DNA from: Pocillopora damicornis
Taxonomy: Eukaryota
DNA: 64,000 nucleotides
Direction of reading: 5' to 3'
Assembly (NCBI RefSeq): GCF_003704095.1
Contig: NW_020846062.1
Coordinates: 62,001-126,000, forward strand
Positions 55,701 to 63,142 of this stretch are shown one piece after another (within the stretch, counting starts at the first letter, position 1; every line of letters begins with the position of its first letter). Made by a program: the position numbers and the translations under genes. The notes beneath the pieces were generated by a model. It saw only the letters and a list, made by a program, of their open reading frames with translations, did not search any database and had not been told where the DNA came from.

Positions 55701-57452
55701 TGAAAACAGTAATTAACACGGACTAATTTACTGCATAAATATACCTGCCTGAACACCGCAGTGTAGCAATGATGGAGGAAAAACTCTAAAGAATTCGCTT
55801 TCACTTTCTGTCGTTATATTGGTCAACTTCAGCGAAGCAAAGCTTCTCGACCGATAAGGAAGGTAGTTTAAGTGTTAAATCGACCACTATACTAAGTCGA
55901 GTACATAAAATATTCACAAGGCTACTGAAACAAGAAGCCAAGATTTTGAACGAACACTTTCTTCTTCAGTAGCAAAACACATGGTGTGGTTTAATTACCT
56001 GGCTCGCTCCGCCTTAACTCGATCATTAACTCATAAACATTGTCGTCTTCCTCATCCAATTCTTCCAACTCGTGGTCCGCCATTTTAAAAAATCTGTTGT
56101 CTCCAATCTTTAGGCCCTATTCATTAACCTAGACAAGTACGATTACTCCCAAGAGACTCGCTGCTTCACTCGAAGTCATTTCACAGTCAAACTCGTTTCT
56201 CGATCGTCAAATTTTGGTCACAGAGCGATTGATGACATTTACACTGGGCAAGAAAGGCAAGATGCGAGCTCTACCACAGCACCGAAGTAACCATTTGTAC
56301 TGGACGGTTCTCCGATGAGCAAGAATGCTGATAATTTTCATGCAAGACCTATGTTATCTTTAAATTCCGCCTTCTCAAAATATATTATCAAAATGAAGCC
56401 TGCACGCCTCGTCTTTAATAATGGCTGAGATGAATGCGTGATGCGATTAAAAGTTTTCACAGTCGTGTCCTGTCACTTCTTGCATTTATGCCAACTGGAA
56501 GTCCAATATAATTTTGTGAAATATGAGAGCGATTCTTGGGGTGTGGGGACAAACATTGTCTGATGTGACCTCCTCTTTGATAAGATGTAGCACAGCCCAA
56601 TAAATTCTTAATTTTATGCAAATGTTGGGCCGGATGGGAAAGTGGCGAAGGACTTTTCTACGTGTATTAATCTTGTAATTTACCCGTGTCTTTTCTTCCA
56701 ACAACTTTCACCTGATTTGGATTAATACTTTAGCCGACTGCGCAAGTTTGTTTTTGTTTTTCAGTGTTAATATTTTAATATCAAAGAAAATAAGCTTTCT
56801 AACTAACAATAAAATAAAAACAATGCATGTCTCGCAACTGCGACTGGAAATCATGTGCTCACTGACTGTGAAATAATGATACGATTCGAGAACTCGGCTG
56901 ACCGTGCATTTGTTAATGGAAAATTGCCAGTACTATTTCTATTTGTATCCTCGAACAAAGACAAATAAAGCAATTGACAGACAGCTCTGTACCTTGTCCT
57001 ATCTTTAGCTTTATGTAACTGGTTAAACGTCAAATTATTCCGCTAGCATAACTGTTGGCAAATTTTAAGTATAGCTGCCAGAAAGTTAATTCGAAACAGG
57101 TACTTTAGCGCTGCTTCGATCGTGAATTGAAGACATGGTAATATACCAATTTAGCTTTCCCATTGTTGAACAGGAGAGAAATTTCCACAAAACATAACAA
57201 GCAGACAGTTAGCCAAGCACAAGGTCAATCAGTTCTAAATGAAACTCTACTTCTCGAGATCTCTGCACGTCAACGCAAAGTAAACAAGTATATGATCCAA
57301 CGTAACCAACTTCTTAAAATAATGATGAAATTATGCAAAAGAGCGCGCTTACCAGCAATTTTACACACGGCTCTGTCGGCAACGTTCGATGGGCTTCGAG
57401 TCCCAGAACGAGACCTTGGTCTGCCGTGAATGGGAGTAGTTGGTCTAGACAT
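1..57452 (-). CDS. MACF1: Spectraplakin (MACF1/dystonin/Shot-like) gene, 5' portion: CH1-CH2 actin-binding domain, plakin domain with SH3, spectrin-repeat rod; truncated by the left window edge
   Basis: 54 exons with canonical GT/AG ends and matching phases. Hallmark peptides: [123 protein letters not shown]. The symbol denotes the family (pro-orthologue of MACF1/DST); paralogue identity cannot be resolved. Confidence 0.93.
471..568 (-). CDS. Spectrin-repeat exon ([33 protein letters not shown])
   Basis: GT/AG, phase 0-2. Confidence 0.9.
831..1040. mobile_element. MITE family A copy
   Basis: Alignable by eye to 40527-40737. Confidence 0.8.
1288..1608 (-). CDS. Spectrin-repeat exon ([14 protein letters not shown]...RLEELE)
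   Basis: GT/AG, 107 codons. Confidence 0.92.
2329..2913 (-). CDS. Candidate internal alternative first exon (195 aa, [13 protein letters not shown]...KNRVQPE)
   Basis: aaaATG start, long intronic sense ORF, donor GAG|gtaggg in phase 0 matching exon 1288-1608. Confidence 0.6.
4685..4820. repeat. Imperfect (AAT)n microsatellite
   Basis: Directly visible. Confidence 0.95.
4966..5130. other. Assembly gap (165 N)
   Basis: Run of N. Confidence 1.
5444..5770 (-). CDS. Spectrin-repeat exon ([11 protein letters not shown]...IEKIK)
   Basis: GT/AG, 109 codons. Confidence 0.93.
7286..9748 (-). CDS. Giant exon (about 820 codons including a 100-N gap): acidic low-complexity region with EEYxDExG-RVRR repeats, ending in a spectrin helix-A segment
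   Basis: Acceptor tctttag|GAT at 9748, donor AAG|gtattc at 7286, phase 0-0; contains most of ORF 7139..9580. Confidence 0.88.
7900..8520 (-). repeat. Coding 153-bp (51-aa) tandem repeat inside the giant exon, interrupted by an assembly gap
   Basis: ccattttcatcaa recurs at 7923 and 8076 (153-bp spacing); near-identical units flank N 8232-8331. Confidence 0.9.
8232..8331. other. Assembly gap (100 N)
   Basis: Run of N. Confidence 1.
11409..12662. mobile_element. Non-autonomous DNA transposon (~1.25 kb) with 19-bp perfect terminal inverted repeats
   Basis: agggttacttcccaccttc (11409-11427) and gaaggtgggaagtaaccct (12644-12662); no transposase ORF; no clean TSD. Confidence 0.8.
13015..13105. 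repeat. Degenerate 7-bp tandem repeat (cgtgaaa-like)
   Basis: Recurring gtga/atga at roughly 7-bp spacing. Confidence 0.6.
13134..13328 (-). CDS. Spectrin-repeat exon ([10 protein letters not shown]...VNKQWDQLQ...RFEFK)
   Basis: GT/AG. Confidence 0.93.
13805..14011 (-). CDS. Spectrin-repeat exon ([11 protein letters not shown]...LSRRVK)
   Basis: GT/AG. Confidence 0.92.
14418..14528 (-). CDS. Spectrin-repeat exon ([24 protein letters not shown]...EEIQ)
   Basis: GT/AG. Confidence 0.92.
14933..15271 (-). CDS. Spectrin-repeat exon ([10 protein letters not shown]...QISDHK)
   Basis: GT/AG, 113 codons. Confidence 0.94.
15693..16019 (-). CDS. Spectrin-repeat exon ([13 protein letters not shown]...QMKEQK)
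   Basis: GT/AG, 109 codons. Confidence 0.94.
16775..17053 (-). CDS. Spectrin-repeat exon ([10 protein letters not shown]...FEEKLQ)
   Basis: GT/AG, 93 codons. Confidence 0.9.
17467..17781 (-). CDS. Spectrin-repeat exon ([12 protein letters not shown]...QAQRFK)
   Basis: GT/AG, 105 codons. Confidence 0.93.
18258..18447 (-). CDS. Spectrin-repeat exon (LLLLISEQG...[10 protein letters not shown]...QITELK)
   Basis: GT/AG, phase 2-0. Confidence 0.93.
19044..19189 (-). CDS. Spectrin-repeat exon ([10 protein letters not shown]...[11 protein letters not shown])
   Basis: GT/AG, phase 0-2. Confidence 0.9.
19813..19896 (-). CDS. Spectrin-repeat exon ([28 protein letters not shown])
   Basis: GT/AG. Confidence 0.92.
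20862..20954 (-). CDS. Spectrin-repeat exon ([31 protein letters not shown])
   Basis: GT/AG; WL.KAE. Confidence 0.92.
21805..22050 (-). CDS. Spectrin-repeat exon ([14 protein letters not shown]...LEARWGRLQ...LHPFL)
   Basis: GT/AG, phase 0-0. Confidence 0.92.
25203..25343 (-). CDS. First rod spectrin-repeat exon ([24 protein letters not shown]...QIEEQK)
   Basis: GT/AG; LLDWL..TE motif. Confidence 0.93.
26402..26626 (-). CDS. End of plakin domain ([13 protein letters not shown]...NARYEKLL...[12 protein letters not shown])
   Basis: GT/AG; overlaps ORF 26312..26626. Confidence 0.92.
27020..27103 (-). CDS. SR9 exon ([28 protein letters not shown])
   Basis: GT/AG, phase 0-0. Confidence 0.9.
27878..28180 (-). 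CDS. Plakin SR8/SR9 exon ([11 protein letters not shown]...[15 protein letters not shown]...LDWLKRVEE...EELT)
   Basis: GT/AG, 101 open codons. Confidence 0.92.
28734..28872 (-). CDS. Spectrin-like exon ([25 protein letters not shown]...KVIQ)
   Basis: GT/AG, phase 2-0. Confidence 0.88.
29406..29560 (-). CDS. Spectrin-like exon ([14 protein letters not shown]...[18 protein letters not shown])
   Basis: GT/AG, phase 0-2. Confidence 0.9.
30122..30247 (-). CDS. Spectrin-like exon ([22 protein letters not shown]...QQVE)
   Basis: GT/AG; helix-A Trp. Confidence 0.9.
30352..30630. repeat. Interspersed repeat family; copies also ~27540-27820 (reverse), 28880-29130, 62250-62490, 63770-63950
   Basis: Shared gattgagtgtcg...gcgcgggaaaa...tctgattggttgagagag...gaccaatcac...ttgaaattgctc. 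Confidence 0.75.
30677..30862 (-). CDS. Plakin exon ([20 protein letters not shown]...PTLDK)
   Basis: GT/AG, open frame, phase 0-0. Confidence 0.85.
31678..31804 (-). CDS. Plakin exon ([42 protein letters not shown])
   Basis: GT/AG, phase 2-0. Confidence 0.92.
32198..32289 (-). CDS. SH3 exon ([31 protein letters not shown])
   Basis: GT/AG; VPSVCF.IP.P motif. Confidence 0.95.
32850..32912 (-). CDS. SH3 exon ([21 protein letters not shown])
   Basis: GT/AG; plakin SH3 motif. Confidence 0.94.
33127..33273 (-). CDS. SR5/SH3-start exon ([13 protein letters not shown]...[27 protein letters not shown])
   Basis: GT/AG, phase 0-0. Confidence 0.93.
34154..34241. repeat. 18-bp minisatellite (atgatcaaatattctkrt) x 5
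   Basis: Directly visible. Confidence 0.9.
34387..34494. repeat. 16-bp minisatellite (gcagaactttcttaYt) x ~7
   Basis: Directly visible. Confidence 0.95.
36460..37107 (-). CDS. Internal alternative first exon with N-terminal transmembrane segment (216 aa, [39 protein letters not shown]...DMLQLKQ)
   Basis: Long intronic sense-strand ORF, gaaATG start after an in-frame TAA, donor CAG|gtaaac exactly at a codon boundary (phase 0 = phase of exon 33127-33273), CpG-rich context. Confidence 0.72.
39320..39445 (-). CDS. SR5 helix-A exon ([23 protein letters not shown]...ALNNLT)
   Basis: GT/AG, phase 0-0. Confidence 0.92.
39518..39636. mobile_element. Short palindromic MITE; half copy at ~17065-17125
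   Basis: tcagtatct..aactgcgcacctacc / ggtaggtgcgcagtt..agatactga. Confidence 0.75.
39784..39879 (-). CDS. SR4 exon ([32 protein letters not shown])
   Basis: GT/AG; AY..AM..QW.W..QL motif. Confidence 0.94.
39978..40190 (+). mobile_element. Degenerate tRNA-headed SINE; weaker reverse copies ~18680-18790 and ~50570-50770
   Basis: tggattccggatcgagaggtc...gttcttaggcaagac...gggggtaacc resembles, from memory, cnidarian SINE2 elements. Confidence 0.5.
40396..40500 (-). CDS. SR4 exon ([35 protein letters not shown])
   Basis: GT/AG; HPA motif. Confidence 0.93.
40527..40737. mobile_element. MITE family A copy (opposite orientation to 51543)
   Basis: ttaacccttgaactccc...gggagttaaagggttaa. Confidence 0.85.
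40794..40955 (-). CDS. SR4 exon ([40 protein letters not shown]...)
   Basis: GT/AG; ATKELIW..EE...DWS plakin motif. Confidence 0.94.
41059..41121 (-). CDS. Plakin exon ([21 protein letters not shown])
   Basis: GT/AG, phase 0-0. Confidence 0.87.
41408..41536 (-). CDS. SR3 exon ([43 protein letters not shown])
   Basis: GT/AG; G-x-DLPS plakin motif. Confidence 0.93.
42182..42223 (-). CDS. Candidate internal alternative first exon ([14 protein letters not shown])
   Basis: aaatATGG start, 14 codons, donor CAG|gtattt, phase 0 like the next exon. Confidence 0.35.
42993..43120 (-). CDS. Linker/SR3-start exon ([14 protein letters not shown]...[13 protein letters not shown])
   Basis: GT/AG, phase 1-0. 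Confidence 0.88.
43620..43924 (-). CDS. Exon ending SR2 plus long Thr/Glu-rich linker ([19 protein letters not shown]...SAEGLSD)
   Basis: GT/AG, phase 2-1; overlaps ORF 43585..43893. Confidence 0.88.
44172..44260 (-). CDS. Plakin-domain exon ([30 protein letters not shown])
   Basis: GT/AG, phase 0-2. Confidence 0.88.
44475..44549 (-). CDS. Plakin-domain exon ([25 protein letters not shown])
   Basis: GT/AG, phase 0-0. Confidence 0.87.
44840..45238. repeat. Interspersed repeat with internal hairpin
   Basis: ttcggtctgtaatca ... tgattacagaccgaa inverted pair; right boundary approximate. Confidence 0.55.
45269..45319 (-). CDS. Plakin-domain exon ([17 protein letters not shown])
   Basis: GT/AG, phase 0-0. 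Confidence 0.85.
45543..45723. repeat. Fold-back element (long inverted repeat) with decayed hammerhead-like core; half copy at ~61840-61935
   Basis: gtctgat..ggtgagtgtagtcctaaga...gagcggaagtcctcatca pairs with tgatgaggacttccgctc...tcttaggactatactcacc..atcagac. Confidence 0.75.
46486..46528 (-). CDS. Plakin-domain exon ([14 protein letters not shown])
   Basis: GT/AG, phase 2-0. Confidence 0.88.
47309..47373 (-). CDS. Plakin-domain exon ([22 protein letters not shown])
   Basis: GT/AG, phase 0-2. Confidence 0.88.
48057..48125 (-). CDS. Plakin-domain exon ([23 protein letters not shown])
   Basis: GT/AG, phase 0-0. Confidence 0.85.
49122..49217 (-). CDS. Plakin-domain exon ([32 protein letters not shown])
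   Basis: GT/AG, phase 0-0. Confidence 0.88.
49931..50050 (-). CDS. Plakin-domain exon ([40 protein letters not shown])
   Basis: GT/AG, phase 0-0, SR1-like. Confidence 0.9.
50219..50328 (-). CDS. End of CH2 exon ([36 protein letters not shown])
   Basis: GT/AG, phase 1-0; overlaps ORF 50168..50365. Confidence 0.95.
50906..51021 (-). CDS. CH2 exon ([39 protein letters not shown])
   Basis: GT/AG, phase 2-1. Confidence 0.95.
51166..51246 (-). CDS. CH2 exon ([27 protein letters not shown])
   Basis: GT/AG, phase 2-2. Confidence 0.96.
51543..51754. mobile_element. TTAA-flanked ~210-bp MITE family A (piggyBac-like ends); other copies 40527-40737, 831-1040, ~26668-26860, ~54340-54530
   Basis: TIR ttaaccctttaactccc...gggagttaaagggttaa with internal sequence shared between copies. 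Confidence 0.85.
51787..51872 (-). CDS. CH2 exon ([29 protein letters not shown])
   Basis: GT/AG, phase 0-2. Confidence 0.95.
52131..52223 (-). CDS. CH1 exon ([31 protein letters not shown])
   Basis: GT/AG, actin-binding signature. Confidence 0.96.
52848..52925 (-). CDS. CH1 exon ([26 protein letters not shown])
   Basis: GT/AG, phase 0-0, plectin-like motif. Confidence 0.95.
53653..53742 (-). CDS. CH1 exon ([30 protein letters not shown])
   Basis: GT/AG, phase 0-0, CH motif. Confidence 0.95.
55539..55600 (-). CDS. Spectraplakin exon, start of CH1 ([21 protein letters not shown])
   Basis: cag/gtaag boundaries; invariant CH1 motif. Confidence 0.96.
55999..56083 (-). CDS. Alternative first exon B of spectraplakin ([29 protein letters not shown])
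   Basis: aaaATGG start, 28 codons + 1 nt, donor CAG|gtaatt, phase 1 matches the CH1 exon. Confidence 0.8.
57353..57452 (-). CDS. Alternative N-terminal exon A of spectraplakin ([34 protein letters not shown])
   Basis: Donor GCTG|gtaagc in phase 1 joins the CH1 exon. [10 protein letters not shown] matches the AERAVIRIAD|ERD motif before CH1 in plectin-1c/MACF1/BPAG1. The 5' boundary is either ATG 57452 or acceptor 57444. Confidence 0.8.
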
Positions 57453-58807
57453 AATAATTCGCAGTATCTTGTGACAACAAGTTCATCTTCTTCTCAGCCA
57501 AAAAGAGTCAGTTCTGCTCCACGGTCGAATCTTGGGTTTGGCATCACATCCGTAGACCAGAAATTTCCACATGCAAATAGAATTATTATGAGAACTTACG
57601 TTAGTCATTGCTGACACTCAAAAGCATAACAACAGGTATGTTCTCGCAGGGCGCTCTACTCTACCTTGCCGTACCGATCCAACGGATTAAACAAAGCAAC
57701 TCCAAGGTACTAAATTAAAATTCTGAAGAGATCGCACAATTTGCCTCTTCACAGACGAGCCACCATGTTTTCCTTTCTTTGAATATTCATTAAAGTTGCT
57801 TTTGTGCCGGTTTGTATCGTGATTGGCCGGGCGAGTATGAAAGCAAGTGATTAGGAGCCAAACGCAAAACGCGTGACACACTTTCTTTTTTGGCGCGTAA
57901 TCCCTCCTTCGCGTTTGAGGTTGTCTCGTCAATTTTATTACTTAATCTTTAGCTGTTGATTTTGCATTTAGCGGCCCCTATTCCGGACTCGGACAGATTC
58001 ACTTTAATAAAAACATGGGTGATATGAGAACGAGTGTAAATTTGATCCACTGAGCGATCACATTGAATATTTAAACTTCACGCTTGGCGACCAACCTGCA
58101 CGAGAAAAATCGGACTGCCTGTAGCGCACCTATGTCGCGCCTTCAATGGGTCAAGAACGAGTGAAATATAATCTTAAGCAGATCTTTCTTCTCTGAAAGA
58201 GGTAACGACGGATTTGAACCGATCTTCGGCCACAGGTTCAAAGCCTTGCCAAGAATTAGGCTCGGTCATGCAAAGGAAATTTTTTAATGCATGGTTCCTG
58301 TCTTCTGTTATATCATTATATTTTCGAAATAATAGGTGTATTTTTATTGTAATTATGTTAAAAAGTTGCGTGTTGCGTGCGTAATGAGGCGGATACTAAG
58401 TAAACAGTGACGAGTACTAAAGGAAAGACTAAACATTTAATATAGGAAGACCGACTCTCATGTGAAGTCGAAGTCCTTTGCTGAAAAAACTTGAACTCAT
58501 CAAAGTTCACAGGAATGTCCGCTTTCCTAAGATATTTTAGATGCGAAAGACCGCCATGTCGTCGAGTTTGAACTGCACCTAACTGTGACTATTTCCGGGA
58601 TTACAAAGCTCGAAATTTGCTGCCTTGAATCTCTTTGATCAAGTTACAATTCCATCGCGTGACAACTTGAAAATATGCGCATTATTTGTAGAAACTTTGT
58701 AAACAAATGCATAAAACTATTCTGGGGTCTCTGGGTTAAAAACAGAAATGACAATTAACATATCCATTGTCGAATTGTTGCTGACGCGGAAAATCAAATA
58801 TTCTTAC

Positions 58808-58848
58808 TTTTGACAGTCTTTTTGAGGATCTAATTTACGACCAGACAT
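58808..58848 (-). CDS. Candidate most-upstream coding exon (MSGRKLDPQKDCQK), phase 2
   Basis: ATG at 58848, donor AAAA|gtaaga. Phase-compatible with an acceptor gtctag|ACC at 57444 inside the next exon. Weak start context. Confidence 0.25.
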
Positions 58849-61672
58849 ATAATATCATCAGATATGTCTTCATTCCGAAGTCCAGACAACGTTGCGACGA
58901 AGGATGTGTTCTAATCATTGCTGACATTCCGTTACCGCAAAAACGCACAATATCAGCAGACATAATTCGATACTGAGTTAAAATTAAGGAAACAGCTTGC
59001 CATGACCTTATGTATATATTGTTCGTTATTTCGCCGATTGTCTCACTGGAGTCTGTGACCGGAGGGATTTCCAAAATGAAGCCCATTTAGAGTTGTATTC
59101 TCATTTGATCAACGTGCTTTTCTGGTGAGACAGAGAGAAACAACGAAGAGGGCCCTCGATTTCCTTCCCTTCCCAGCTTCTTCATTTTAGTCTTCCCTAC
59201 CCCTCCCCCCTCCTCGCCACCACCGGATAGTTGATTAGGATGCTATGTTTCAGAGGGGAAGACTATCGGCGATGTAGATAAATGCGGAATTCTATACTAT
59301 AGTTTGATAAATAAAAATCACCGACCTATCTTTACTTGATGCATTTATCGCGTGCAAGTCATCAGGCTCGTGCACCCTGCGGGTAGGAAAAGGAAACTTC
59401 GAGAAGGTTGGTTCCCACCCTCCACAAAGCTTTCTGTGAGCCACACCCTCCTCCGTCTGAGGAATCCGTAAGCACATTCTGCGCTTTACATGAGCTGCAC
59501 ATTATGGCTGTCTAAAAGCGAGATAAACGGTACGCCCCTCCTTTCCATTCTTGCCTATTCCATACTTAGATCTACAAATGAAAAAAAAAATGGTTTCGGT
59601 GCTTTCCGGGGAGAAATAAAATTAGGCAAGAGTTCACTAGACGAATTTTTGACCTTCCGCCGAGAGCGCGAGATCCCGCGAGAGTTTCTCTCCGAAATTG
59701 AAATTTCACGAACCTGCGTGTACTCCACGCAATTTCAGAGCAGTATATCACCTTGATTTAGGACGTAACAAACAAAAAACGTTTACTTCTAGCACTTAGG
59801 CAGGCGCACACTACCCCACGAGCTATTAAGCTTTAATCCCCATTGTGTGTTGATAAAGATTTTACTTATTTACTTAGTATTGCGTGCCTTGGCTTAGGGT
59901 TAAGTTGGAGGAAGTGTTTTTTTTTTTTTTTTTTTTTGCTCTTATTACAGCGTATATCCAGAATTTTCGTTGGGAGAAAACATTTCCGTTACTTGTTTAA
60001 TATTTCTAGTGGCGTTCTACTTCGACTCTATTGCCGTTTCTCAGAAATAATTATCTGTATCTGACTAACACAATTCATAAAAGTCTGCAACACAGTTAGA
60101 AAAAATAATTATGCAAATTGGCTGGCTGTACATTCAATATGCAGCCAGCAATTTGCATAAGTAATTCGAGCCAAGGTTTGACTCCTCTCGATGGCATGAG
60201 GTGTTCGCTGAACATTCCAGGACATCCGATAATCGTCACAAAAAAGTTTAAAAAGCTCTCCTCGTCCTTCAGTTTTTTCTAGAACATAGTTTCTTCTGTA
60301 GGAGCTGTGGGCGTCGTTGAACTTCACATAATTAGAAATTGCTGGAAAACTACATGCAGCTTTGAGCAGAGTCGTAAACTCCAATGTTGATCGCGGCGAC
60401 AAACTGCAGTATGATCGGGCAGTAATGGCAACTAGTTTTGCGCTGTGTAATGTTACAAAGATAATCATTGCATGAGTAAAGTGACCAAAAGCGCCTAGGT
60501 AAACAGGATCAATTTTTTTGTGTCGGCCACAAATATTAAAAAAAAAAAAATACCAAGGTTCAAGTTGAAAAAAAAAAGCAAGGTTCAAGTTAAAAAAAGG
60601 CTCAAATTAAAAATAGCAACCACGAGGTGCGACTACTTTGGAAGGGAACGGCTCGAGATGGGCAAAATTTTAGAGATGGCCCCCAAGGTACTGTTGGCCT
60701 TCTAATCCTCATTCCCGTCAATTCTCAACGCTTTCACCCCAGATTTACAACAGCAGAATTAACGACTCCTTTTTTATGCATAGACAGTCAACACTTTAAT
60801 TGTTATATTGTGAACATTTTGTATATTATTTCCTTGCGTTTTCAGTTTAAACTGTTATTTTCATAATCTTGATCACCAGAACGAACGCAAATTTGCTAAA
60901 AAGTGTCTAAAAAGTAGGGGTTTAACAGAATTTTCTGACGCATGATGGTAACGTATTAGCAGAGACCAAGAGATCATGATCTCTGGCTGGGACTTCTAAG
61001 TGTGAAAAATTTATCTAAGTTAAATGCATTTGAGAAAGAACTATATATGACCGAAGTACAGAGGTGAAAATAAAGTCGAGCTACTGACAGAATTTCGCTA
61101 GCGATACTAGAAATACAGGAAAAATGCCTTTTTATTCGATACTTGCGATTCATTGTGCTATTGAGTCAGTATATTAGCATGATCTGAGGTAGATATGCTT
61201 CTTTTAAAACTTACACTTATAATCACAATATGACTGAGTTTAAAAAATATCTTGTCATCAGCATCTTACGCGAAGCTATATTCACTTTAGATATACCCCC
61301 CACTGTATAAATAAAACCTCCTAAAACACCAACGTCAGCAAGAGTCAATCCAGTTAGCATTTGTCACGCAATCTTTCCAAAGATTGCGTGACCAATCAAA
61401 GGTTACGCCGTACACCATTTGCCAGCGAAGGATGAAGTGCAAGTAGACAAAGGTTCATTCCCAATTCAAGTGCCAAGCTTATTTCATTTTAACTTGCTTG
61501 TTTTTATTCCACTTTTTCTCTTCTTTCGCATGGTGCCTATGATTCGAGATGACTGGATCCCTCTTGCAGACGACCTTGCTTCGTCCTGGAGTAAAATAAT
61601 TAGATGTTAGTGAGATTATACACACTGCGCGTGTTATATGATGAACATGCAGAATTGGACGTTCTTACCTTA

Positions 61673-61786
61673 TTACTCGGGGTCCAGGCCCTCCTCGACA
61701 GCAGCCAGTTGATAATGTGCTTTCCTCAGTTCTCCTAGTTTTTGACGTTCTTTAGTCAGCTGGCTTTCAAGCTCTAGAACCCGAAC
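61673..61786 (-). CDS. HIP1: HIP1/HIP1R last coding exon (VRVLELESQLTKERQKLGELRKAHYQLAAVEEGLDPE*)
   Basis: Acceptor ttctag|GTT; near-identical to the HIP1 C-terminus VRVLELE..L.KERQKLGELRK.HY.LA; TAA TAA stop. Confidence 0.93.
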   Translation of the reverse strand, partial: VRVLELESQLTKERQKLGELRKAHYQLAAVEEGLDPE

Positions 61787-62967
61787 CTAGAAGAGAAGCA
61801 AATTTATGAAGTAAAAACACAAAGCTCTAGTGATAGTGTAGTCTGATCGTCGGGGTGAGTGTAGTCATGAGAAAGACTGTTGTCGGTAATGGTGACTGAC
61901 GTTGCGAAAACCTGAGCGGAAGTCATCATCTGACTTAAAACAAGGATAAAAGAACGAAAATCCGCCCTGGAAGATTAAATAGTACCTGCCTCTGTTAACA
62001 GTTTCTGTGGCGTCTTTTAGCTTCAAATGAGCGCAGGGGGGCGAGGGAAGGGGGTAATGCATTCAATACTACCGCTTTTGTTCGAGCTGATGTTACTGTG
62101 GAATGTTAAAACCGAACTGGTAAAGAGATTCAAGGCCTCTTTTCCCAATGTTGTCCACAGTTTGAAAGGTGGTCAGCTCGTTCCAATTTTTCATAAGGTG
62201 GGTAAATGGAGTTTGCCACACGTGCAACACTTTGGGGAGAGTTTTGGAATAAGGATTGCTAACTCAAAACCAAACTGGTCACGACAGCGAATCAGAACAA
62301 AAGGAAAATATCACGAAGTGCAAATAAGAGATCAAAGAAAATACAGGCAAATGCCAATTATGTAGTGAGTCGCGATTAGTTTGTATTTTAAACGTGATTG
62401 GTTGAAAGGGTGGAGCTAGTTGTATGGACCAATCACATAGCGAAGTTAATGCTGGGTTATTCTGACAAGTTACTTGAGAATTGTCCCATCAGATGTGTAT
62501 CCTTAAGATAATAAATTGGCAGCAAAACAGACACCAACAAGGAAGGAATGAACAAAACATGATATCTTGTTCTAGGATTTAGTTAGTAAAACAGAATGGT
62601 AAACGGCGCAATGGTTGCGACAGAGAGAGGCTTGGTTCGAGTCTCCTACATTACGCAACTCGACCCAAGCCTCCCTCGTTTTTTCATTCTTCCGCTGCTA
62701 TCGTGTTGTTTAATTTCACACTTCGTTTTACTGACCGAACTAGGAACAGGCAAAAATCATAAATAAAGATGGCTGAGATGAGAGAGATTAAAACAGATTG
62801 CTCATGGCGTACTAGAGAGATACAGCCTAGGCTTTTAAACATAAACGGGCCGTTCCGTAGCTCTTGAAAAACACGGGATTTGCATATAACAATAATGATT
62901 AACTCAAAACAGATGGATGCAAGAGATTATATCATTATTACTACATTCTCTTGACGGATGTAGATAC

Positions 62968-63032
62968 CTGTGACTCCATTTCAAATCTCTTAGCCTGGGT
63001 GAGACTTAGCTTGGTGTAATCTGGTACGGCTT
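62968..63032 (-). CDS. HIP1: HIP1/HIP1R (Sla2) penultimate coding exon (AVPDYTKLSLTQAKRFEMESQ), I/LWEQ (THATCH) domain
   Basis: GT/AG; matches D.S.L.LTQ.KR.EM.SQ of HIP1/HIP1R. Confidence 0.9.
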
Positions 63033-63142
63033 CTACGCAAATAAATCAAGAAAATGGAATTAACATATAAAACTTTTTTACTGGTTGTGTGTTACTGACA
63101 AGTAGGGGAGTAGGAATGGTTTAGAAATATCATACTACACTT

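Noticed and set aside
1-57452. Dystrophin, nesprin or beta-spectrin as the identity of the large gene
   Set aside because: A plakin domain with SH3 directly after the CH pair is diagnostic of plakins/spectraplakins
58835-59086. 83-aa ORF as a first exon
   Set aside because: Stops before the donor at 58808; only the short alternative-frame ATG is splice-compatible
61673-63032. Talin as the identity of the I/LWEQ exons
   Set aside because: LSLTQAKR.EMESQVRVLELE...ELRK.HY fits HIP1/HIP1R/Sla2 rather than talin
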